Assembly: GCF_000015145.1 (NCBI RefSeq)
Contig: NC_008818.1
Location: 330,001-362,000 of the forward strand
DNA from: Hyperthermus butylicus DSM 5456
GTDB lineage: Archaea > Thermoproteota > Thermoprotei_A > Sulfolobales > Pyrodictiaceae
Length of the DNA stretch: 32,000 nt
Reading direction: 5' to 3'
Positions 18,226 through 25,881 of this stretch are shown piece after piece. Position 1 is the stretch's first letter. Each line of letters starts with the position of its first letter. The notes under the pieces are model-generated. The model was not told the DNA's origin, did not search any database, and saw nothing but the letters and a program-made list of their open reading frames with translations. Made by a program: the position numbers and the translations under genes.

Positions 18226-18585
18226 GTGAATCGTGGGTTGGGTTTCGGGCTTGGAATAATCGTAACCTTCATTCTCAATATTCTGCTAGGCTGGATACCT
18301 GTCCTGGGTAACCTGCTTGCAGGTATTGCAGGCGGATACGCTGCAAAGAAGGGTGCAGGAGGCGGCTTCCTAGCAGGATTTCTTGGAGGCCTCCTCGGCG
18401 GAATAATCCTTGCCATAGTCGTAACATTGCTTGGCGGAATGTTTGCCGGCCTGGCTGGCGCTCTCGTAGGAGGATTAATAGGGCTCAAATTCGTCGCCGC
18501 GAGTCTAATAATCGCGTTGATCTGTGGTATTGGAGGGCTGATAGGAGGGGCTATAGCTGGGAAGAAGGCCGAAAACCAGCAGTAA
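18226..18585 (+). CDS. glycine-zipper small membrane protein
   Basis: Gly/Ala/Leu/Ile-rich hydrophobic repeats (GIAGGYAAKKGAGGGFLAGFLGGLLGG...GGLIGGAIAG). In-frame GTG at 18226 lies within the sequence GAGGTGA. The upstream 71 codons of the longest ORF (from 18013) look non-native and overlap the sRNA candidate. Confidence 0.55.
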   Translation: MNRGLGFGLGIIVTFILNILLGWIPVLGNLLAGIAGGYAAKKGAGGGFLAGFLGGLLGGIILAIVVTLLGGMFAGLAGALVGGLIGLKFVAASLIIALICGIGGLIGGAIAGKKAENQQ

Positions 18586-18837
18586 CATCGAGATTGCAAT
18601 GTCTGGAGTACATGTAGATTTCAGGGCGTGTTCTATGGGTTTTCACGCTGCATCGCTTGCCCAGTTCCAAGGAATTGGAATAACGCCACAGCATGAACAC
18701 TAGCTTGAGCCTAGCTAAGGCTTACCCAGGTTTATGGAAGACTCGCACATACTACTTACCGCAGGAGGCCTACAGGTGAAAGAATTTAATTCATGTCGTG
18801 CCGAGCTTAACACACTACATCATATATATCGATTTTG

Positions 18838-18899
18838 TGTCAGTACTCAAGACCCTCTTCATTGCTCTTGTTTGCTCTGAAGGCGCGGGGTCATCATTC
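18838..18899 (-). ncRNA. candidate C/D box sRNA
   Basis: Read on the minus strand: ATGATGA(18897-18891)-11 nt-CAGA(18879-18876)-13 nt-ATGAAGA(18862-18856)-12 nt-CTGA(18843-18840). The C and D boxes are perfect, C' has one mismatch, and D' is weak. Confidence 0.35.
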
Positions 18900-18981
18900 T
18901 CCAGCGCTCTATGTGGATGTGTCTGAGGGTTTTTACTTGCTTGCAGCCCGGCTATGTAAGATTACATTTTGGGGTCTATTA

Positions 18982-21693
18982 TTGACTGCTAATGGTCGCT
19001 GTTTTGAGAGTGGATGGTGCGACCTTAGCCCGGAACATGAGAGGATTAGGAGGGAGCTTGAGGGGCTTATCAAGTGCTATGTTGAGGGTTGCGCTGAGGA
19101 GTATTGGATGCCAGTGATTGTTGCACCTTACGGTTCTGGTAAGACTACATTGCTCCGCTATCTTGAAGAGTTTGCTAGGGGACTTGGTGTTGCTGCGCTC
19201 CGTGTAGAGCTTTCGGAGATTGTAGACTTTATCGTGGAGAGGTATGGGACCGTCCATGAGTCTGACCTGCCTCGGGTCATTGAGGAGTTTGCTGCTAGCA
19301 GGCTTGGCGAGTCAAGTGTCTACGTGCTGCTTATTGACGAGGTAGAGGAGAGCTATGACCTGCTACGCGGCGTTGTAACCTATGAGACGTCGCCCTTCCG
19401 CGGCGTGGCAGAGGCTATTAGGACTAGGGCTTCAAGAGCTTATGTTGTCCTTGCTCTCGGTCCATCATCTACACTTAAGGAGGCTGTATTCGGCCCTGTC
19501 GCTTGGCGTAGCCGTATCTACACGTTGCCGTTGCTGCCTAAGAGTGTTATCAAGCGCATGGTTGAGGTTGCTGTCAAGGATGATGCTGACGCCCAGGTTG
19601 TTGAACTGCTAGCTAACATGGTTTGGTGGGCTTCTAAGGGCCGTATAGCATGGGCGAAAATGCTCATAGACAACGTTGTGCCAAGGCTCTACGAGGCTCT
19701 CCTTGCTGGCCCAGAACATGTTGAGGCCCTGCTGCTTGGGGAGGAGGCTCTCGGCAGGGAGATTGTGGAGGGTGTGCCGCTCTTCGACCGCACAGGGTTC
19801 CGTGAGGTTAAGAGGCTGTTTGAGGATAAGGCTCTCACTCCCTTCCTAGCAGTGTTGCCCGGCCCTGTACCAAGCAGCCTACTCTCAAAGCTTACCGGCA
19901 GGGAGGTGCTGCCGGAGCCTAGCCTGGCCGTGGTGTTCTCTAGGACGGTTACGAGTGTTGACGAGCTTGTCGGCGAGGCCCAGGCGTGGATGGAGAGGTT
20001 TGCTAGGGCTCGTGGCTATGGAATGCAGAGTGTGGAGCACGCGTTAACAGCGCTTGAGCACGTCGTAGCCGCCTGGAGCCTTGACGGCTGGGTCGTGTTT
20101 GAGCCCCAGGCCCTAAGGGAGCTCTTCAGCCTAGCCGCTGACGTCGCCCGCGAGGTCTACGCGGATGACCCCCATGCTGCCCAGCTTCTTGAGTCGCTTA
20201 ACCCTGACCTTCTCGCGCCAAGGGTCGAGAGGGGGAACGAGGTATATGTTGCGCTGAGGCCTTCGAGCATTGCGAGGCTCTACCCCTCGGCGGGCAGTAG
20301 CCCCCTAGTGGGCTGCGCACGTAAGGCTGGTGCGCGGCAGGTTGTAGAGGTTGTTGAGAGCCTCTCCCTCGACGAACTCGTAGACTATAGTGGCCGTGTC
20401 GCAACCCTCACCGGCGCCGACCGCGTACTGGAGCGCCGCGAGCTGCAGCTACTACTGCTGCCGGCTAGGCTCGCCCAGGCCTATGCCTCAGAGCTAGCAT
20501 GCAGGATGGCCGGCGGGGAGAGGCTGCTGGTACTCCTACTATCCCCCAACGGGCGCGGCTCCGGCATCCCCGGAGGGCTCGAGGCCGCTGCGAGGCTCAC
20601 CGGTTCAATAGTCGCGGAAGCTGGGCCTAGGCTCAGCATGTTCCTCTACAGCCTCCTCTACGGCTACGCCGTGGGCACCGAGGGCTGCAGCCCCGAGAGT
20701 CTAGCAGGGCCAGACCGCAGGGTGTTGAGGCTCTATGCGGAGCTACTACGCAGCCTCGTGCTCGACTCGCTAGCCGAGCCGACTGGGCCGGCGAGCAGGG
20801 TAGCCGCCTCCGCAAGGCTCCTCGAGGAGAGGTACCCAGCGCTGGCCAGCCCTGCAGCCTACACTGTCGCAGCCGGCGGCGGGGCAGCAGGACATGCCGA
20901 GGAGGTTCTCAAGCAGCTCACACAGCGGGTCTCCAGCATCGAGGCTGGGGCCATAGAACTGCTGGGGAGCAGGAGCTGGGACACGCCCGGACTCGAGGAG
21001 CCTCTGGATGCGCTGAGGGAGGCCCAGAAGCTCTACCAACTAACTGAGGAGGAGGGGCTCCTTGAGGCTCGCAACATAGCAGCAGGCTGCAAGGCCACGG
21101 GTATACCGAGGGTGCTAAGGGTGCTCCTGGGCTTCGAGGAGCCACCACCGCCCCCGAGCCTTGAGAGGGCCGGTGAGGTGATAGCGAGGCTTGCAGCTGC
21201 GGCCCGCGAGCTACCACGTGAGGGGCCGCTTGGGAGGCTGGCCGAGCTAGCCAATGAGGCCGAGGCTATCCTCCAGGCCCTGGAGGACGCCATCCAGAAG
21301 CTCCGTGGGGCTGCTGGGCTCCTGGAACCCCATGTAAGGGTGCTGGAGGCCGCTGTCTCGGCCCTAGCCGAGAAGGCTGCCGCGGTAGCGAGGCTCTACG
21401 CGGCTGTGAGTTCCAGCATCCAGAAGCTCCCAGACACACTGCGGTCCAGAGCTGAGGAGGCAGTGGCCGCAGATCTAAAGCAGCTCAACACGCTGGACGA
21501 TGTCGCAGCATACATGGAGCGGGCTGTCCAGGCACTGGCGGAGCTTGTGGGGCTCGCTGAGAGACACGAGGCGTTGAGGCTTGAGAAGCTGCGTGGAGAT
21601 CTCCTCTCCAGGCTAGACACGATTATTTCTAGCCTTGAGGGCGGCGCGCCTGCCAGACAGGAGAAGGCTGAGGGTGAGGCGCTGGCAGGGTGA
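18982..21693 (+). CDS. large P-loop NTPase (AAA+/ORC-like or BrxC-like N-terminal ATPase) with about 700-aa helical C-terminal region
   Basis: Walker A APYGSGKT (19123-19146) and Walker B VYVLLIDEVEE (19318-19350). The C-terminal two thirds are Ala/Leu/Glu/Arg-rich helical sequence with a PPPPP linker. The start is uncertain: longest ORF at TTG 18835, TTG 18982 chosen here, or ATG 19108 preceded by GAGGAG (19096-19101). Confidence 0.7.
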   Translation: MTANGRCFESGWCDLSPEHERIRRELEGLIKCYVEGCAEEYWMPVIVAPYGSGKTTLLRYLEEFARGLGVAALRVELSEIVDFIVERYGTVHESDLPRVIEEFAASRLGESSVYVLLIDEVEESYDLLRGVVTYETSPFRGVAEAIRTRASRAYVVLALGPSSTLKEAVFGPVAWRSRIYTLPLLPKSVIKRMVEVAVKDDADAQVVELLANMVWWASKGRIAWAKMLIDNVVPRLYEALLAGPEHVEALLLGEEALGREIVEGVPLFDRTGFREVKRLFEDKALTPFLAVLPGPVPSSLLSKLTGREVLPEPSLAVVFSRTVTSVDELVGEAQAWMERFARARGYGMQSVEHALTALEHVVAAWSLDGWVVFEPQALRELFSLAADVAREVYADDPHAAQLLESLNPDLLAPRVERGNEVYVALRPSSIARLYPSAGSSPLVGCARKAGARQVVEVVESLSLDELVDYSGRVATLTGADRVLERRELQLLLLPARLAQAYASELACRMAGGERLLVLLLSPNGRGSGIPGGLEAAARLTGSIVAEAGPRLSMFLYSLLYGYAVGTEGCSPESLAGPDRRVLRLYAELLRSLVLDSLAEPTGPASRVAASARLLEERYPALASPAAYTVAAGGGAAGHAEEVLKQLTQRVSSIEAGAIELLGSRSWDTPGLEEPLDALREAQKLYQLTEEEGLLEARNIAAGCKATGIPRVLRVLLGFEEPPPPPSLERAGEVIARLAAAARELPREGPLGRLAELANEAEAILQALEDAIQKLRGAAGLLEPHVRVLEAAVSALAEKAAAVARLYAAVSSSIQKLPDTLRSRAEEAVAADLKQLNTLDDVAAYMERAVQALAELVGLAERHEALRLEKLRGDLLSRLDTIISSLEGGAPARQEKAEGEALAG

Positions 21694-21698
21694 TAACC

Positions 21699-21830
21699 AT
21701 GTACGCGGTTGAGCACCTGGTTGAGGAGTACCGTGTGAGCCTCGCAGACGCCGAGGCTAGGGCCGAGAAGCTAGCCTCAATGGGGAGGCTGCTGGACGCC
21801 ATAGAGGGGCTCGCAGCCCCTGCTCCCTGA
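21699..21830 (+). CDS. possible 43-aa small protein
   Basis: ATG lies 5 nt after the NTPase stop. Hand translation gives MYAVEHLVEEYRVSLADAEARAEKLASMGRLLDAIEGLAAPAP. It is below the ORF-track size cutoff and looks helical. Confidence 0.3.
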   Translation: MYAVEHLVEEYRVSLADAEARAEKLASMGRLLDAIEGLAAPAP

Positions 21831-21865
21831 GGGCCAGCCGCAGCGACATAGTCTACGAACTCCGT

Positions 21866-22822
21866 ATGGCCCGTGACTACCTCGCCGCGGGCAGCTACGA
21901 GGAGGCCGGGGCGAGGCTAGAAGCAGCTTGTAGGAGGGCTGTCGAGCAGCTAGCCGCGACGATAGCCTGGAACGGCCTCACCGCCGAAACCTGCCCGGCG
22001 CCACGGGCGGTGCAGCTGCTAAAGGCTATCCTGGAGGCTAGTGGGCCGCTGGCAATGATTATACACTCGATACTAGCAGCCGGCGTGGAGAAGGCAGACG
22101 ATGTAGTACACAATGCTGAGAAGCTTGCTCCCCACTGGGGCTCAGTTGCTGAGAGGCTGGTAGACGTCTATCGGGCGGCGAAGCTGCTGGAGAAACGGGG
22201 GCTGATAAAGTGGCCTGATACGGTCGTGCTGGTCTCAAGGCTTGTCCGAAGCGAGAGCGTTGAGGAGGCCATTGCGAGGCTCGAGAGGGTCTCTAGGCGC
22301 GTATCAGAGATAGCTGGGCTCATGGACTCGATAGCCTCTAGCATGAGCGAGGTAACAGAGGCGACGCTAGCTTGTAAAGAGTACAGCGCGACGCTAGGCG
22401 AGCTACCCTACTGCAACTGGTTATCCACACTACTATCCGAGATAGTAGCAGCGCAGGATGCTGTAAAGGAGCTACCACAAATAGCTAGCGTGGAGAAGCT
22501 AGATGCGACAGCCGAGACGGTTAGGAAGGCATACGAGAGGCTCAACAACTCCCGGAGGATCGTAGAAAAGCTCCTAACAAGGCTCTCCCAGAGCCTAGAC
22601 ATGAAATTTGAGGGTGAAAGCCTGGTAGCAGCAGTAGAGGCGCTATTCCAGGCGCGAGCCAGGCTGGGCTTCACGGAGCTAGAGGAGGAGCTGATGATAA
22701 AGCTCGGCGAGGCTGATAGGCTGGACCTTGCCGAGCTAGCTAGCAGCAATCCAGCATACATCGACGCAGCACTGAACCTCTGCAAGCACGGAATAGCCTT
22801 CTGCGAGGTAAGACTGTACTAG
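21866..22822 (+). CDS. all-helical hypothetical protein with PaREP1/HEPN-like N-terminal pattern
   Basis: The N-terminus ARDYLAAGSYEEAGARLEAACRRAVEQLAATIA resembles the helical-bundle opening of PaREP1-type proteins. No Rx4-6H motif is present in the sequence. Confidence 0.55.
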   Translation: MARDYLAAGSYEEAGARLEAACRRAVEQLAATIAWNGLTAETCPAPRAVQLLKAILEASGPLAMIIHSILAAGVEKADDVVHNAEKLAPHWGSVAERLVDVYRAAKLLEKRGLIKWPDTVVLVSRLVRSESVEEAIARLERVSRRVSEIAGLMDSIASSMSEVTEATLACKEYSATLGELPYCNWLSTLLSEIVAAQDAVKELPQIASVEKLDATAETVRKAYERLNNSRRIVEKLLTRLSQSLDMKFEGESLVAAVEALFQARARLGFTELEEELMIKLGEADRLDLAELASSNPAYIDAALNLCKHGIAFCEVRLY

Positions 22823-22885
22823 CACACAGCAGCTGCCAGATAAATAACACACATTCCTAATCCCCCTACTAGTTTTGGGGATCAC

Positions 22886-23242
22886 GTGTTGGCGGCTAGT
22901 GGGCTGAGACAACTACTCATATCCAGCGGACTCTGCAGCAAGGCCGTAGCTGTAGAGGAGACAAGTTCGTGCACCCTGCTCTTCTGCGAGTCCCGGGTAA
23001 ACATGCTCATAGCCTTCTCGACCTATGATGACTGGGTCTACATTAAGGCTGTCCCAGAGCTTGCTGTGCAACCCCACATGTGGCATTGCAATGAGGTCTA
23101 CTACACACCATACGGCCTCTACGCCTTTGCGAAAAGCCACAGGGAGCTTATAGAGAAGCTGAAGGCGAAGCAACACCTACTAGCTGCACAGCACAAGCTT
23201 GCAATCGAGAGGCTTAGCGCTATAGAGGAGGCAGGGTTCTGA
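22886..23242 (+). CDS. hypothetical small protein
   Basis: 118-aa ORF from GTG 22886, or 79 aa from the internal ATG (MLIAFSTYDDW...). It has a C-terminal amphipathic helix and no recognisable motif. Confidence 0.4.
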   Translation: MLAASGLRQLLISSGLCSKAVAVEETSSCTLLFCESRVNMLIAFSTYDDWVYIKAVPELAVQPHMWHCNEVYYTPYGLYAFAKSHRELIEKLKAKQHLLAAQHKLAIERLSAIEEAGF

Positions 23243-23263
23243 GAGGAGGGAGGCGGGGTAGGC

Positions 23264-23965
23264 TTGTCTGATACACGTAACGATTACCGGATACTGGTAG
23301 CCGAGCATGCAGTTTCGCTTCTAGAGAATATTGTTCGTGCCCGCCGTATACCCATACCGGTTAATTGGCATGAAGTCGAAGCCCTTGTCTCCGAGCTACG
23401 CTCGCTGATTGTAAGGATAAAGTACAGCTTCATACCGCCAACAATGCTCGCGGGATCCGAGGAGGTTGAAAGGGTTAGGGAATACGCTGGAAAGCTGGCA
23501 AAAACGCTGCTCTCAAAGGAGCGCCTCGCTGGAGCAAAGCTAGACTCGAAGACAAGAATGGCTATTGCTGAAGCTCGCTACGCGCTACGCACCCTCTATG
23601 GTCTGGGGTATAGGCTCTCACTGGGCGATGAGAATGACGCGCTACACGCTGTTGATATTGAGTGTGTTGAGGTGCTTACTATAACAAAGCATCCAAGCGC
23701 AGAGAAGCTCTTCGTTACAAGGGCTCGCGGGGTACTAGGCTACACCATTGTAACCAACCTACCCGACGTGAGGAAGGGCGAACTGCGAGCCGCAGCAATA
23801 CTACCCCCACGGGAGTTCTACGGCGAAATAAGCGAAGCCATGTATTGTAGCGGGCCACTAAACACCGATGTCTGCAAGCCTGGCCGAAGGCCCCCTGCAA
23901 ACCTTATCGATAGGGGTAGTGTGGAGGCTGTAATCTACAACATAGTTGGGAGAAAGGCTAGGTAG
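23264..23965 (+). CDS. protein with C-terminal tRNA-binding OB-fold domain (Trbp111/CsaA/EMAP-like)
   Basis: KHPSAEKLFVTRARGVLGYTIVTNLPDVRKGELRAAAILPPREFYGEISEAMYCSG matches the KHPnAdKL...G..SeGM pattern of tRNA-binding domains. The about 130-aa helical N-terminal extension is unassigned. TTG start preceded by a GGAGG-rich sequence. Confidence 0.65.
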   Translation: MSDTRNDYRILVAEHAVSLLENIVRARRIPIPVNWHEVEALVSELRSLIVRIKYSFIPPTMLAGSEEVERVREYAGKLAKTLLSKERLAGAKLDSKTRMAIAEARYALRTLYGLGYRLSLGDENDALHAVDIECVEVLTITKHPSAEKLFVTRARGVLGYTIVTNLPDVRKGELRAAAILPPREFYGEISEAMYCSGPLNTDVCKPGRRPPANLIDRGSVEAVIYNIVGRKAR

Positions 23966-24082
23966 GGCTTCGTGGAGAGGGCTTCGGCCAAGGATGCGGT
24001 CCTCACTCCACCCCGCCGCGTGGTCAGTGGGCGGTCCGGCCCGTGTCCGCTCCACATAGCCCTCTTCGGATAGCCCCATGGA

Positions 24083-24871
24083 TTATATTAATATATGACT
24101 ATCACTTATATGTATGTGGCGTGCGACTGGTATTGCCGCTTCACCATAGACCTTGCGGAGGATTTCTACGCGGAGCACTTCCGACGGCTTACCGTGGGCT
24201 ACTATCCTCTTGTTGACCAGTACAATGTAGTCCGTGTAGTCTATTAGCAACATCGGGTCATGACTCGTGACCACTATGAGCTTGTCCTTGGCAAGTTTTG
24301 CTATGAGGCGGGCTAGCTCACACCTCCCCTGGGGGTCTACGGCGGAGAAGGGCTCATCCATAAGCAATATCGGTGGGTCGTGCACCAGTGCGCGTGCTAT
24401 GAGTGTCCGCTGTCTCTGCCCGCCACTCATCTTGGATATCGGCTTCGACCAGGTCTCGCGTCCTAGCCCGACTTGTCTCAGCACAGCCTCTACCATAGTC
24501 TTGTCCTCTGCACTGGCTAGCAGGCGTGGCTTCTTACCGATTCTGAGGAGGTATTCGAACTCGATGAGCTCCCAGCTGGTTACCGGGAAGTGGGTAAGCG
24601 TGCGTGCCAGCTGGGGCACGTAGCCTGTAAGCCTACCTGCCGCTGCAGGGTTGCCCGTAACGTCCCTACCGCAGACGGTGACCCTACCTCGTAGCGGTTT
24701 TATGAGACCAAGTATCGTCCGGATTAGCGTGGTCTTCCCGGCACCGTTGGGGCCTAGCACCTGGACTAGTGCTGGACCCCGCAGCTCTAGATGGTCTACA
24801 ACTAGCACCGGATCGCCGCCATAGCTTACGGCTACGTTGTCGAGTACTATGCTTGGCTCTCTACACTCCAT
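24083..24871 (-). CDS. metal (Zn/Mn/Fe-type) ABC transporter ATP-binding protein
   Basis: Walker A GPNGAGKTT, signature MSGGQRQR and Walker B ILLMDEP. I preferred ATG 24871 (MECREPSIVLDNV) over the longest-ORF start at 24895, which would run into the promoter repeats. Confidence 0.85.
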   Translation of the reverse strand: MECREPSIVLDNVAVSYGGDPVLVVDHLELRGPALVQVLGPNGAGKTTLIRTILGLIKPLRGRVTVCGRDVTGNPAAAGRLTGYVPQLARTLTHFPVTSWELIEFEYLLRIGKKPRLLASAEDKTMVEAVLRQVGLGRETWSKPISKMSGGQRQRTLIARALVHDPPILLMDEPFSAVDPQGRCELARLIAKLAKDKLIVVTSHDPMLLIDYTDYIVLVNKRIVAHGKPSEVLRVEILRKVYGEAAIPVARHIHISDSHILI

Positions 24872-24888
24872 CCTAGGGCTACCCCAGC

Positions 24889-24932
24889 TGTGCACAGTTA
24901 ACTAGAAACCCTTATATAAGGTGTGCACAGTT
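24889..24932. promoter_or_regulatory. bidirectional promoter: palindromic TATA box flanked by two 11-nt direct repeats (candidate operator)
   Basis: TGTGCACAGTT occurs at 24889-24899 and again at 24922-24932, 33 bp apart. The repeats bracket CTTATATAAG (24911-24920), which is its own reverse complement. The element lies between the divergent ABC ATPase and substrate-binding-protein genes. Confidence 0.5.
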
Positions 24933-24961
24933 GCGGATAGCCTCCGGGGCAGGTAGATGCC

Positions 24962-25867
24962 ATGTCTAGACTTGTAGCCGCTATAGCGGCCACACTGGTA
25001 CTCGTAGCTGCAAGCTTTACAGCATACACGATACTCAGCCGTGGCGGTAATTGGACTAGCAGTAAGAACCAGGGACTCATAGTTGTCGTGTCTTTTCCAA
25101 ATCTCATAGACGATATTCGCCAGATAGTCTGTAGCGACGATACAGTCTATAGCCTGGCACCGCCGGGCGTGGATCCCCACAGTTACCAGCTAACACTGCG
25201 CGACTACGAGCTGCTCCGTAGGGCAAGCATAGTAGTCTCTACGGGGCATGCACCCTTCGAGACTGCACTAGCCGAGAAGGCATCTTCCGACAAGCTGATA
25301 GTTATACCGGACATTCTTCGCGAGCATGGGGGCCGTATACTAGTCAATCCTGATACTGGAAAGCTAAACCTCCACATACCAATATACAATCCGTACAACT
25401 ACAGAATATTCATAGGGTACCTTGGTGAGAGGCTTGCAGAGCTTAGGCCTAGCTGCGCAGAAGTTTACCGGTCCAATGTGGCCAAGGTGTTGGAGAGGCT
25501 TAACAATATTACCACTGTAGCCCCACAGCTTAACGTTACCGCTGTGGGCTCTACGCCTTCCATCCAGTACGCCGTAGAGTGGCTTGGCATCCACGTGGTG
25601 AAACTACTAGTGAGGGAGCACGGTGTGGGCACGTCAACTGAAGACCTGGCCGAGGTTAAGAGGCTATTTGAGGCTGGTAAGGCTAAGCTGGCAGTGGTAA
25701 TGGTTCTAGAGAACGGTAAGCCTGCAACCCCCGCCGATGAGAAGCTAGCCGAGCTTGCAGAAGAGTATGGCATACCTATCCTGCGTGTCCCCGCCCCCTA
25801 CATGGCTGGTAGCGTGCTTGACAAGCTCGAGGCAGTCGTGGCTGAGGCTCGCAACCTAAAGGGCTAA
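24962..25867 (+). CDS. metal ABC transporter substrate-binding protein (ZnuA/TroA cluster-9 family)
   Basis: N-terminal hydrophobic signal or anchor. The block PPGVDPHSYQLTLRDYELLRRASIVVSTG matches the family motif DPHxYxxxPxD. Confidence 0.75.
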   Translation: MSRLVAAIAATLVLVAASFTAYTILSRGGNWTSSKNQGLIVVVSFPNLIDDIRQIVCSDDTVYSLAPPGVDPHSYQLTLRDYELLRRASIVVSTGHAPFETALAEKASSDKLIVIPDILREHGGRILVNPDTGKLNLHIPIYNPYNYRIFIGYLGERLAELRPSCAEVYRSNVAKVLERLNNITTVAPQLNVTAVGSTPSIQYAVEWLGIHVVKLLVREHGVGTSTEDLAEVKRLFEAGKAKLAVVMVLENGKPATPADEKLAELAEEYGIPILRVPAPYMAGSVLDKLEAVVAEARNLKG

Positions 25868-25881
25868 GGAGGAGTGGAGGC

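Noticed and set aside
20198-21716. Cluster of 60-106-aa minus-strand ORFs opposite the 3' half of the large NTPase gene.
   Set aside because: This stretch is very GC-rich (Ala/Leu/Glu/Arg codons), which removes stop codons on the opposite strand. The translations are low-complexity, so I treat them as artefacts.
23858-24079. 73-aa minus-strand ORF and short GGGCTTCG direct repeats in the GC-rich convergent gap 23966-24082.
   Set aside because: The ORF overlaps the end of the tRNA-binding-domain gene and has no start context. The complementary blocks (GTGGAG/CTCCAC and AGGGCT/AGCCCT) are in the wrong order for a hairpin.
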